Below are positions 40,967-54,217 of a stretch of 64,000 nt of DNA, in pieces (the first letter of the stretch is position 1; each line of letters opens with the position of its first letter). The notes under the pieces are model-generated. The model was not told where the DNA came from. It made no database searches and worked only from the letters and a program-made list of their open reading frames with translations. A program made the position numbers and the translations under genes. Location: assembly GCA_951406725.2 (NCBI GenBank), contig OX597815.1, positions 4,216,001 to 4,280,000 of the forward strand, written 5' to 3'. The stretch is from Octopus vulgaris. Lineage: Eukaryota.

Positions 40967-41498
40967 ATGCCCTGATGCAGTACCAGGCAGTGGCTCTCAT
41001 GGCTTCTGATCTTAACTGATTGGAAGTGTTATCATGTACAGTGTTTTATGTTGGTATAAAAGATGGGCTACAGATTTGCTTGTCAGTTGCTTGACCTTAA
41101 CCAGTTGAGCATGTCCCTTAGTGGCTGACGATATGTGCATCTCTGATCACGAGTAGAAGTAGTGGGGGAGCATCATAGCCATGTGTTGAGAGGGATTCTT
41201 TGGGTTTTGGATAATTCACCTCTGGAAACATGGGTGGTTCTTTCAACATCCTTAAATAACCCTTACTCTGGGACTTTTTGAATGGGATGGGCTACTCGAC
41301 CAGAAGAAAGTTCTAACTGGGCCCCATCTGCAAGGTCATGCGCTGTTTATCTTGATATGAGATCACCATGTCGCGCACATATGGTTGTGATGCATGTGCC
41401 TAGTGTACCCTTATCAGACGGGTAGTCATGATGGGTATATTGGGCTTCGTATATTTTACCCCAGTGTCACTTTGATGGCATGAACTGCTCTCTCACTC

Positions 41499-41500
<2 letters not shown>
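40967..41500 (+). mobile_element. Family E element embedded in (TAA)n
   Basis: Similar to 27873-28425, with TAA repeats on both sides. Confidence 0.85.
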
Positions 41501-41534
<34 letters not shown>

Positions 41535-42224
41535 CCTTTCTACTAAAAGCACGAGGCCTGAAATTTTGAGGGAGGGGACTAGTCGATTTCATTGACCCCC
41601 AGTGTGTAACTGGTACTTAATTTGTTGACCCCGAAAGGATGAAAGGCAGAGTCAACCTCGGCGGAATTTGAACTCAGAACGTAGAGACGGCCAAAATGCC
41701 GCTAAGTATTTCGTCCAGCATTCTAACCATTCGACCAGCTCGAGGCTTCAAATGGTTTCAAAATTTAACACAAGGCCAGCAATGTTTTGGGGCGAGTGTA
41801 AGTCGATTACATCCGTCCCACCCCATGTCGGGTACATATTTCACCGACCTTGAAAAGATGAAAGGCAAAACTTATCCTCGGAGATATTTGAATTCAGAAT
41901 GTGAAAAGCCGGAAGAAATGACACTCAACATTTTATCCGACTGTTCTGCCAAATACCCCCCCCCCCGCCTCAGATGGTGGTGGTGTTGCTGTTGTTGTTG
42001 TTGGTGGTGGTGATGGTTGTTTTTAGATTTCAACGTTTAGCATAATAGAAATGCGGTTTTGTAGGAGACAGCAGCAGTTCACACCAATTCCGTCTTTTGG
42101 CAGAGAAAGGTCCTTCACCTTTGAACGGAGAATCCTTCCTTCCTTCAAAGTCTCTGACCTTCTGTCAATATTTCGCATTCAATTTCAACAACACCATCAT
42201 CACTTGTATGAACTTCCATGTACG

Positions 42225-42287
42225 CTCTCTCTCTCTCTCCCCTTCTCTCTCTCTCTCTCCCCTTCTCTGTCTCTCTCTCCCTCTCTG

Positions 42288-42326
<39 letters not shown>

Positions 42327-42490
42327 CTCTATCTCTCTCTGTGTCTTTCTCTCTCTCTGTCTTTGTTTTTTTCTCTCTCTCCCTCTCTGTCTTTCTTTCT
42401 CTCTTTCTTTCTTTCTTTCTCTGTCTTTCTTTCTTTCCCGCTTTCTTTCATTCTTTCTTTCTTTCTTTCTCAGTCTCTCTCTTCTCTCTG

Positions 42491-42533
<43 letters not shown>

Positions 42534-42743
42534 CAGTCTGTCTCTCTTCTCTTCTCTCTCTCTCCCTCTCTGTCTTTCTCTCTTTCTTTCTTTCTCGGTC
42601 TGTCTCTCTTCTCTTCTCTCCTCTGTCTTTCTTTCTTTATTTCTTTCTTTCTTTCTTTCCTTCTTTCCTTCTTTCATTCTCTCTTTCTTTCTTTCTCTGT
42701 CTGTCTCTCTTCTCTTCTCTCTCCTCCTCTCTGTCTTTCTCTC
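42225..42743. repeat. Polypyrimidine (TC)n/(TTTC)n tract
   Basis: Directly visible. Confidence 0.95.
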
Positions 42744-43194
42744 AACACAACCAGACACGTTACAACGCAAAACAGCAACAGACAGTTTATAGCCCTTGGC
42801 CACCACCACCACCACCACCACTACTACTACTGCTACTACTATCACAAGTATCACCATTACCCTCACCACCTGCACCAGCATTACAATCAACACCATCGAC
42901 AAGACCTGTGTCACAACCACCTCTTTTCCTCACCACTATCACCGCTACCTCTGCATCTCCACCACCACCCACCACCACCATCACCATTGGTACATACAGG
43001 GTCAACACGGGGTCTTCATAACAATAAACACACACATTGCATCAATTACCGCTCCTACAATCACATGTAGCACCCATGTAGCCACCCATATTGCACGCGT
43101 GCACCACAACACATACACCACGATGCACCATACGTGATACAAAGCAGTGCACTATACTGGACTGGATGCACCACGCTGCACAGATTAACTGCAG

Positions 43195-43620
43195 TCCTCT
43201 GCACTCACCACTCACTACACTGCGCACCATACTGTACCCTCTGCACATGCCACTTGGTACAGTGCACACGCCATACTTGCACATACCACTACCACTCACT
43301 ACACTGCGCACCATACTGTACCCTCTGCACATGCCACTTGGTACAGTGCACACGCCATACTTGCACACATACTACACTCACTACACTGCGCACCATACTG
43401 TACCACTCACTACACTGCACCACTGTACCCTCTGCACATGCCACTGGGTACAGTGCACACGCCATACTTGCACATGCCACACATACGCACATCTTGCCAT
43501 ACCCTCACTACACTGCGCACCATACTGTACCCTCTGCACATGCCACTTGGTACAGTGCACACGCCATACTTGCACATACCACTCACTAAACTGCACATAT
43601 ACTGCACACCACTTTGCATG
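43195..43620. repeat. ~84 bp minisatellite (4-5 imperfect copies) with internal hairpin
   Basis: ctcactacactgcgcaccatactgtaccctctgcacatgccacttggtacagtgcacacgccatacttgcaca repeated. Confidence 0.9.
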
Positions 43621-44579
43621 CAAACAACACCTTCACTGCATTGCATACCCCATATTGCACCTTACTGCGTGCACCGTCTAGCACACACTGCACACACCAC
43701 ACTGCGTGCACCATCTGGCACACTGCACACACCACCACACTGCAAAGGATGAACAAGCAACAAGAACAACATAACTAGCCTTAAACAGTGAACCACGCAT
43801 ACCACTACAACCTGCTTGTGTGTGTATAGGTGTGTGTGCACACGTACAGCCATACAAGCACTCCGGTTATAGAGGCGTGTGTGGTTCTGTATATATATAT
43901 ATATATATATAAATTTATATAAATTGTTTCACTATTTTCTTATTTGTATTATAAATTAACGGTAAAATATTTCTTTACCTTCATCCGTTTAATACAATAA
44001 ATGAGTTAATTGCATTGCAATTAAAAACATTTATGTTATTTAGAATCTGGGTACTTTACCAACAGTATATTGGATAAATACTATCCCTTAGTGGGTTGCA
44101 CCCATAACCCCTAACTTACTTTGTGTTATAATATATATATATATATATATATATAGGTGTACACACACGTACATACATAGATATATTGGCGGTGCCCCAG
44201 CATGGCTACAGCCTCAGGGCGGAAACATATAAAAGAATAAGATAATATACACATTTTCATACCTACTCTCTTACGCTTATATATACATACATGCATACAT
44301 ACATTCATCACTACTACTACTACTACTACTACAGCAATAGACAAGTTGAAACTCACGAAGAGACGATAGCAACAACAACATACACCATACACACACACAC
44401 GTGTGATACGCACAGCTACATGCACACACGGATATGCAACGACACATACGTAACTACACACACATTGTCGTATCTACTGTCACCCCCACCTCCCACCACT
44501 ACTACCTGTACGCTAACCATTACTAGAAGCACAAATAACAACAACAATGGTAAGAGCAAAAAAACAAAGATACACATAT

Positions 44580-44907
<328 letters not shown>

Positions 44908-45236
44908 TCCGCCGCCATCACGACTCCCGGCAACACCACCGCCACCACTGTAATCATTATTAGAATCACGTGCTACAACAACAATTAGCACCAGGAGAAG
45001 CAATGGCGTTAGCAACATTAATAAATAGTGTCGCCACTAGCAGTAGCAACAGCGATAGCATCAGGGCAGGAGCAACAACGGTAGCACCGTTAGCAACACC
45101 ATTAACAACAATCGCAGCAGCAGCAGCAGTAGCAACAACATCTGTAACAACGGTAAATAGCAACACGATAGCAACTCCATCAACAGTGTGATGCCGCTAG
45201 CAACAACACTAGTAAACTTATCAAGCGGAGGAGAGG

Positions 45237-45412
45237 GGGGGGTCTCCAAAGTGGTCGATATCGACCCCTATAGAGGTTGATAAATGCACATCCGCTTATT
45301 ATTATCGTTTATTTATTTTCTTGTTCATGCCTGGGGGGTGGGGGTGGGGTCGATGAGGGGTCAAAAATTTCATGAAAGGGGGTCGATGGTCTAAAAAAAG
45401 TTTGGGGACCCC
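45237..45412. mobile_element. hAT-like MITE remnant
   Basis: Inverted ends ggggtctccaaa.t / agtttggggacccc. Confidence 0.55.
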
Positions 45413-45434
45413 CGAAGAAGAGCGACAACTTGCT

Positions 45435-45765
45435 CTCCGTCGGTTGCAAGGACAAAGCTTCCGGTTGAATCGATCAACAGAACCGCCTGATCGTGAAATT
45501 TAACGTGCCAGTGGTTGAGTATTCCACAGACATGCGTACGTACCCTTAATGTAGTTCTCAGGGAGGTATAGCGTGACACAGAGTGTGACAAGACTGGCCC
45601 CTTTGAATTACAGGTACGAATCATTTTTGCCAGCCGAGTGGACTGGGGCAATGTGGAAGGAATAAAGTGTCTTGCTCAAGGATACAAACGCGCCGCCCGG
45701 GTATCGAACTCGTGGCTTTTACGATAGCGAGTCGAATGCCTTAACCACTCAGCCACGCGCCTTCG
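45435..45765 (-). mobile_element. SINE family C
   Basis: Homologous to 4915-5224, with a tRNA-like head on the minus strand. Confidence 0.8.
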
Positions 45766-45924
45766 TGGAGTGACAACAATCGCAACAACAACAACGGCAA
45801 TGTTGCTGTGACTGCAACAACAACAACAACAACATCTGTAGTAAGGACAACCGTACGGTAATAAAATATCAGTTGCAGAAAGATGAAGCCGAGAAACAGC
45901 AACTGCAACATCAACAATAAGCGA

Positions 45925-46124
45925 CATCATCATCATCATCGTCATCATCATCATCATTTAACATCGTGATCATCGTCGTCGTCGTCGTCATCATCATCAA
46001 CACCACCATCATCATCATCATCGTCATCATCATCATCATCATCATCACCATCATCATCGTCATCACCATCATCATCATCGTCGTCATCGTCATTATCATC
46101 ACCATCATCAACACCACCATCAAC

Positions 46125-46155
<31 letters not shown>

Positions 46156-46260
46156 TCATCACTATCATCATCATTACCATCATCACCATCATCATGATCA
46201 TCGTCGTCATCATCATCACCGTCGTCGTCATCATCATCACCGTCATCATCACCATCATCA
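45925..46260. repeat. Imperfect (CAT/CGT/CAC)n trinucleotide tract
   Basis: Directly visible. Confidence 0.95.
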
Positions 46261-46507
46261 GGGCCTGTGTGAAGCCAGTGAATGGTTGATGGCCGGGAGC
46301 TGGTAACAACAAATGGCAAAAGGAGAGAGCAAAAAGGTTGTGAACAGATTGTTGTTTTCCAACGTCTGTTTACAGTCGATGCCTTCTTTCTTCTACAAAT
46401 ACACACAGAACACACGTGATTGTGTTGTGTATCGATTCGCTTACACTGTCACACACTTTCGCTACACTTGGCACGCGGCCAGATCTGTCTGTCTGTCTGT
46501 CTATCGA

Positions 46508-46552
<45 letters not shown>

Positions 46553-46695
46553 TTTCTATATGTCATATATATTTCTTTATTACCCACAAGGGGCTAAACA
46601 TAGAGGGGACAAACAAAGACAGACAAAGGGGTTAAGTCAATTACATCGACCCCAGTGCGTAACCGGTACTTTATTTTTCGACACCGAAAGGATGA

Positions 46696-46752
<57 letters not shown>

Positions 46753-46886
46753 ACCAAATATATACGTTATTATTATTTTACTAAATCATCGGTATATTAT
46801 TGTTATTTTAATTTTAATATTTCTATTATATGTAATTTTCTAGATGGTGTAATTTAATTGTTCATTTTGAATTAATAAAAGGTGGG

Positions 46887-46945
<59 letters not shown>

Positions 46946-47588
46946 TATGTGTAGAAGTATATGTATATGTGTGGATGTAATTGTACATACATACATACAT
47001 ACATACATACAAGAACAGATTTTCTTTCAAGCATGCTTTATATTGAAGACACGAATATATTCAATTTTAATTTTAATCTTTATTTTATTTATTTATTTAT
47101 TTTATTTTTTTTTGTTCTCATCCCTTTTTCCTTTCTGTGAGATATCTTTCTCCTATTCCCGTATTAGACGTATTTGGTTTGCAGCAATAAACGTTTGAAA
47201 TCTGTAAAACGTTTTCCCGCTGCCTCCGCGGCCTCATCGTCAGTAGGAAACGATAGTAGCGACAATAAACATGTTGTTGCCGCCGCCGCCGCGTGTTGCA
47301 AGAGACAGAGAGAATAATAAATAAATATAAAATTCATGCGAATAATAATAATAATAATAATGCAACTAAATAAAGTCGTGACTGCTGCATTTAAAATTGT
47401 TTAACGATTAACTCCTGCCTGCTTTTAGAGTTGCTTTCACGTATATCTCCTCTGTTTAGATTGATTTCTCTCTCTTTTCTTTTCCTTATTTCTTTTTGCT
47501 TACATTTTACTCGTATCTATCGATATCTGTGTCTCTATATCTACATCTGTATCGTTATCTGCACCTCTGTTTTTTATCTCCTGATCTC

Positions 47589-47662
<74 letters not shown>

Positions 47663-47785
47663 TTGAGTTCTACGTCTATTTGTGATGTCCTGTACTTACG
47701 TATATATATTTATATATGCATGTATATGTAGATGTAGGTACGTACATATATTTGTCTATGTATGCATATATTTTATTTATTACAC

Positions 47786-47836
<51 letters not shown>

Positions 47837-48118
47837 GGAGTAAACACATAAATGTGAAACAAGGTGGAAAAAAAGAGTACTCAAATACCAGTGGTAGAGT
47901 AATATGCTTTCGTTTCTATATGTATACTCAGATCTTTCTATCTTATAATCTCTATCTCCCGTCTATCTTTTTATCTATCTTCTATTCCACTCTATCTGCT
48001 TCTTCCTCCCTGTCTATCTCTATCTCTCTCTCTCTACACACACACACACACAATATTTTAAATACAACAAACGTAGCCTGAATAGAGTAAAGGGTAACAT
48101 TTATTTGATCAATGAAAT

Positions 48119-48340
48119 TCAGTTGCACACAGCGCCGCCGCCCCCCCTTCGATGTGCGTAAGTGCGTGTTTTCTTTCTTTCTTTCTTTTTGTCACCCTGG
48201 TCCTGCACACAATTCATGAATCCAATCCTTCCGCCATAGACTGCCATCCCACTGAAATCATTCCCTCTGTCCATGTTTTCCTGCAGCCATTGGCTTCTAG
48301 CTTATCACGAAGAGTATCATTAACCTGACTTATTCCACCA
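48119..48340 (+). promoter_or_regulatory. Candidate alternative promoter / spliced 5' UTR
   Basis: TCAGTT at 48119, a GC-rich leader, GTAAGT at 48158 and ttttcctgcAG acceptor at 48286. Confidence 0.35.
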
Positions 48341-48430
48341 ATGACGGGAGGAGGTGGATCTGCGACACCCAGGGGCACTGTTCCCTCCACCAAGACTTCA
48401 CTCTTGAACTATCGAAATAACACGTCTTCT
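48341..48430 (+). CDS. Candidate alternative first coding exon (MTGGGGSATPRGTVPSTKTSLLNYRNNTSS)
   Basis: Unique, moderately GC-rich ORF. Possible donors TCT|gtgggt (phase 0) or G|gtaaca (phase 1). No recognisable homology. Confidence 0.3.
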
Positions 48431-49008
48431 GTGGGTAACAAGCAGACGCTTAACATACCTTCTCTCTCTTTCTCACACAAACATATTTCTCTTTCTTTCT
48501 CTCTCTCACACACAAACATTTATCTTTCTCTCACCTTCCTCTCTCTCCATCTCTCTCTCCATCCCTCTGTATGTTTACAGAGATAACCAGACTAACATAC
48601 CGTGTATAGTCTTTGCATGCACAGATTTATACACACGCAAGTATGCACATATATATACGCACACGCATACATACATACATACATACCATACATACATACA
48701 TACATACATACATAACATATGCATACATGTATGCATGTATGCATACATACATGTATGCATGCATGCATACATACATTCATTGTGCCTAAAGAAAAAACCT
48801 TGCCATTTTATTAGAGACTGGCTTAAATTCTGCAAAGAAAAAAAGAACTACACGTGCGGGCGCAGTTTACAATTCCGTTGTAGGTAGGATCAACAAGAAA
48901 GTTCTCCATCCGACGAGAGATGAATATCATTTAATATACACAATTATAAGATATCTCCGAATAGTTTCATGCTTTAAGAGACGGTAAATTGGCGGATTTA
49001 TATACACA

Positions 49009-49439
49009 CTAGCAGCTAAGCCCGGTTTGGATGATGTGGCTGTAAAACCTGCTCTGTGTAAGCATTCGACTTGTTTGGGAACGCTTACGTTAAAAAAACA
49101 ATTTTAGAATGACTTTGTTCTGTCAAAACGCTAAAAATAACTGATCAACAAAAAGTAAAAACCAAAAAACAACCAAGATTCAACCAAATCAAAAAATAAA
49201 CCCAAATACTAAGCGAACAAAGAGGAACCATCCCACTTCCATTGCGCACGCACACACACACACATATATGCACACACATTCACATAACCCCTTTTACATA
49301 CACACACACACATATTCACACAGAGTTGAAACGCTGTTTGATTTATTTTTTCAGCGTACAATTTCCATCATCCCACTACCAAGTATGACATCACCCCTTC
49401 CTTTCTCATTCATAAACACAAGAGTATTATTATAGTAGA
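49009..49439 (-). mobile_element. Non-autonomous Helitron
   Basis: Minus strand starts a|TCTACTATAATAATAC and ends ccgggcttagctgCTAG|t. Confidence 0.65.
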
Positions 49440-50213
49440 TTATCTCGGCAACCATGGGAAGTTTGAAAGAAATACAAAGCCCAGCATTACCGCCGAATCA
49501 TTCCACACATCTGTGTAATTTTTTGTGCAATTCCACCCAGCCGTTTGACCGTGAATCCCAAGACAAGAAAGAATCACCCATGTCAAATTTATATATACAG
49601 ATGCCATGTGTCTCCGAGCAATTTTTCAGGCTCAGTGCATATCGTTAAATGGATTTAAAAACCAGAACGCTGGTCTGTTAGAAAACACGAGAAAAATCGG
49701 GAAGAAAACGCTAAAAAGGTTGATGCAAAAGCTGGAATAAAATGGAAGAAGAGAAAAGTAAGAAAACCGAGTTCTTCATCCTCTTTCACTGTATAAACCA
49801 GAATTAATGAAACTGGTGCAGAATAAGATAACAGAAAAGAGAACAGAGTCTTTGAGACAGCTGCTCAATCCGGAACGGGTGGTGTCCGTCATTTCGACAA
49901 AAGAAACTTGTCCATATGCTTGCATTTTCCAAATATTTCAGATCTGGAATTAAGTGCATGTATATCGTTGTTGTTATGGAAGAATTGCTTTTTTACAAAA
50001 AAAACAAACAAAAAAAACGGGAAAAAAAAGTTTCACCATTCTATAACAAAACCATTGTATTACACTTTGACAATTTTTGATATCTTGGCATCTGAAGCAG
50101 CTGGAGATACGATAGTTTGACCAAAAGAACTGGTTATGGCAAGCAAAAATAAATATTGGAAAAAAAAAATTGGACATACGACAGTTTAATACAATAGTAA
50201 CGATATATATATA

Positions 50214-50400
50214 TCTTCTATATAAAATCCGTTTTGTGTGTGTCTTCTAGGATCTCGGGCATCCTCCATCCGATTGCGCTCAAATTTGATATGTAGATAG
50301 CTATGGTATCAGGGCGTGTATAAGTCTTGTAAAAATTACAAAAATCGATTCCAGGTGAGAATGCGATCGATAAAGCCGTGGGAAATCGTTTTTCTTTGGA
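50214..50400 (+). mobile_element. Helitron-like 5' fragment
   Basis: a|TCTTCTATATAAAA..tgtgtgtgt..ccgattgcgctcaaatttg. Confidence 0.45.
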
Positions 50401-50541
50401 ATAGAAAAAAAGTCTATCTTTATTTCTTTTTTTGCTGGTGTCTCAAATTTAGGTTAAATCAGTGTTTCTCAAAGGGGAGGCCTATGGGACGGTCGGACAA
50501 GTTGTTTTGAGAAAATTTGGTTTAAATGTGTGTGTGTGTGT

Positions 50542-50576
<35 letters not shown>

Positions 50577-50630
50577 GAGGTATATGTAGATGCATGTGTA
50601 TGAAGATGTAATGTTTGTGATATGTATGTT

Positions 50631-50990
50631 TACCATAGGTTGATAGAGCAGTGCAGAAACCAGGGGTGGCAGACAAGTTGTGAAGCAACTGAAGTACGCA
50701 ATGAGGGTTTTTGTCTGATGTCTACCCTGTAGGGCCCTGGCTGAGCTGGGCTTGGTGTTACTGATGCAGCAAAGAAGGCGGCCGTAGATTCCATCACTGA
50801 AGCTGCACAAGCCAGTAAAGTGCCTTTCGATAAAGGTGGCCGACCGATGCCTTGCTGGTGCTGGAAAGTAAGCTGGGATTTGATCAACTCCCGACTGGGT
50901 CAACCAGGTGAAGAAGGTCTAATGTTGAAAGACCCAAAATCTCCCTGAGACATCCGAAACATCACTGATGAAGCATCCCAGAGTATGAGA
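50631..50990 (+). pseudogene. HERO-like (RLE) non-LTR retrotransposon 3' fragment
   Basis: YHRLIEQCRNQGWQTSCEATEV..GF and CRALAELG..TDAAKKAAVDSITEAA. The 3' UTR tgatcaac..gactgggtc..tgttgaaagaccc..acatcactgatga resembles HERO ends as recalled. Confidence 0.65.
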
Positions 50991-51725
50991 TGGATCTTGG
51001 AACAAAGTACTGTATTTTATAGCTTAGCGGTATTTCGTCTGCGTTACGTTGTGAGTTCAAATTCCGCCGAGGTCGACTTTGCCTTTCATCCTTTCGGGGT
51101 CGATAAATTAAGTACCAGTTACGCACTGGGGTCGATGTAATCGACTTAATACCTATGTCTGTCCTTGTTTGTCCCCTCTGTGTTTAGCCCCTTGTGGGTA
51201 GTAAAGAAATACGTATATAGTGTAAACACTGAAGCATCGCCACTGTCATTCAAATCCTGTTGCATTTCACATGGGATTTTGGGTCCCCCAAAGCCATATT
51301 AGTGTATATAAGTAAACCTACGATTTTTTGGCCGTAAATTTTCGTCTGCCCGAAAATACGGTGTGTATAATGTTTTCAAATTTTGGTGCAGGGGCAGAAA
51401 TTTCGGGAGTGGGGTGGGGAGAAGGGCTTAGTTGATTACATCGACCCCAGTACTTCACTGGTATTTTATTTGATGGACCTTGAAAGGATGAAAGGCAAAG
51501 TAGACCTCGGCGGAATTTGAACTCAAAACGTAAAGACGGACGAAATGCCGCTAAGCATTTTGTTCGACGCACTAATGATCCTACCTCAATGATAATGATG
51601 ATAATCTTTTCTATTAAAGGCACAAGGGGCCTGGAATTTTGAGAGAGGGGACTAGTCGATTACATTGGCCCCAGTACTTAACTTTTCTACTCTAGGCACA
51701 AAGCCCGAAATTTTGGGGGAGGGGG

Positions 51726-52847
51726 CCAGTCGATTAGATCGACCCCAGTACACAACTGGTACTTAATTTATCGCCGCCGAGACCCTAGTCGATTAGATCG
51801 ACCCCAGTACACAACTGGTACTTAATTTATCGACGCCGAGACCCCAGTCAATTAGATCGACCCTAGTACACAACTGGTACTTAATTTATCGACGCCGAGA
51901 CCCCAGTCGATTAGATCGACCCGAGTACACAACTGGTACTTAATTTATCGACCCCGAGACCCCAGTCGAGTAGATCAACCCCAGTACACAACTGGTAGTT
52001 AATTTATCGACGCCGAGACCCCAGTTGATTATATCGACCCCAGTACACAACTGGTACTTAATTTATCGACGCCGAGACCCCAGTCGATTAGATCGACCCC
52101 AGTACACAACTGGTACTTAATTTATCGACGCCGAGACCCCAGTCGATTAGATCGACCCCAGTACACAACTGGTACTTAATTTATCGACCCCGAGACCCCA
52201 GTCGATTAGATCGACCCCAGTACACAACTGGTACTTAATTTATCGACCCCGAGACCCCAGTCGATTAGATCGACCCCCAGGACACAACTGGTACTTAATT
52301 TATCGACGCCGAGACCCCAGTCGATTAGATCGACTCCAGTACACAACTGGTAGTTAATTTATCGACCCCGAGACCCCAGTCGATTAGATCGACCTCAGTA
52401 CACAACTGGTACTTAATTTATCGACCCCGAGACCCCAGTCGATTAGATCGACCCCACTACACAACTGGTACTTAATTTATCGACCCCGAGACCCCAGTCG
52501 ATTAGATCGACCTCAGTACACAACTGGTAGTTAATTTATCGACCCCGAGACCCCAGTCGATTAGATCGACCCCAGTACACAACTGGTACTTAATTTATCG
52601 ACGCCGAGACCCCAGTCGATTAGATCGACCCTAGTACACAACTGGTACTTAATTTATCGACCCCGAGACCCCAGTCGATTAGATCGACCCCAGGACACAA
52701 CTGGTACTTAATTTATCGACGCCGAGACCCCAGTCGATTAGATCGACTCCAGTACACAACTGGTACTTAATTTATCGACGCCGAGACCCCAGTCGATTAG
52801 ATCGACCCCAGTACACAACTGGTACTTAATTTATCGACCCCAAGACC
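51726..52847. repeat. Young 59-bp tandem array (~19 copies) derived from SINE family B
   Basis: Unit gagaccccagtcgattagatcgaccccagtacacaactggtacttaatttatcgac(g/c)cc, continuous with a minus-strand family B SINE at 51685-51775. Confidence 0.95.
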
Positions 52848-53486
52848 AAGAGGCAGGGAAACAAGCTTCTTACCACAGAGCCACGCCTGCACCTATATAT
52901 AAATTTAATATGCACACATGCACACTCACACATGCACATGTACGTACAGAAATGCACATATACATACCTGAATCAATGCACATACATGCTTATGCATCGA
53001 ATGCACGTGTTACTGTCTGAATGCACGGAGGGTAGCAAGTGTAATGCAACCAATAAAACAACAGCATTCTTTGATGTGCAAATATGCAAATACTTGTCGC
53101 CATATGTTTGATATGTGCATTAACGGATAGCTTCCCTCCATCGATAGATTATCAATTTATCTAATCGAATCTCTTCTGTTGTGTATTTATTTCTCGTTTG
53201 TTGTGATTGTCGTCGAACAGTCGGCTGTTTATTTATATACACTCTCTTTTTGTGGCTACATACATGCATGTATACACTCACATTATCTACCTACCTACCT
53301 ATCTATCTATCTATCCTTTTTTTTTGTTTTCTCCTAATCTCCCTTGACTCTTATATCTTTTCTCCCCCTCCCCTTCTCGCCATTCCCTTCATACTCTATG
53401 GCGGGAATCCTATATACTAAATGTACAAATTCCGTTATTTGTCTGTAAACCCTAAAACTCAGAGCAGCAACAAACTAACTTGACGA

Positions 53487-53527
<41 letters not shown>

Positions 53528-53739
53528 ATAATGATAATAGTGGCTGTGTGGTAAGTAACTTGCTTACCAACCACATGGTTCCGGGTTCAGTCCCACTGCG
53601 TGGCACCTTGAGCAAGTGTCTTCTACTATAGCCTCGGGCTCGAAACGTAAAAGACTTTCTCACCTTCCCGAGCGTCTAACTAATACACCTGCTTGTTGCT
53701 TATACACCTGTCTTCATCTTTTGTTTTTCTGTAAACTTC

Positions 53740-53791
<52 letters not shown>

Positions 53792-53867
53792 AGTGGTTTA
53801 TATATCCGGAAAAGGACCTTACGCCAAAGCATTAGAGAAGTAATATATTTTTAGGAATTTAAATGCT

Positions 53868-54198
53868 ATGGCTAATCATAGGGTGAGCATTGGTTTCGCC
53901 ACCTATAAAGCACTTAGCAGTATGGATGATTCGTGAGTCTCAAACAACCGAGGGCGCATAACCTCTCTACAATTGGAGGAAGAAATACGTCACGGTCAGC
54001 TAGTTTTGTAAACAAAACATATTTGTCACCGCAGGAGTGCACAAATATTTCATGTTTACAAAACTAACTGACCGTGACGTATTCCTTCTTCCACTTGTAG
54101 AGAGGTTATGCGCCCTCAGCCATTTGAGTCTGACGTGTCGCCTATACTGCTAAGCGCTTTATAAGTGCAAAACCAATGGTCATTCTATGACCAGCCAT
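53868..54198. mobile_element. Foldback element (~146 bp diverged arms)
   Basis: 53868-54014 is the reverse complement of 54053-54198. Confidence 0.8.
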
Positions 54199-54217
54199 GA
54201 CATGTAGCTTTATATAT

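Noticed and set aside
42051-43070. 339-aa ORF, the longest in the track
   Set aside because: Mostly a (TC)/(TTTC) tract and CAC repeats.
43091-43681. His/Cys-rich metal-binding protein ORFs
   Set aside because: Open in many frames on both strands because of minisatellite composition; no exon signals.
45911-46415. Poly-Asp / poly-Met / poly-Ile ORFs
   Set aside because: A (CAT)n-type repeat open in several frames, with no splice or start context.
49640-50190. Possible transposase or coding remnant
   Set aside because: Purine-rich, but no recognisable motif and multiple stops.
51726-52847. CRISPR-like regular palindromic array
   Set aside because: There are no unique spacers and no cas genes, and the unit is a SINE segment in eukaryotic DNA.
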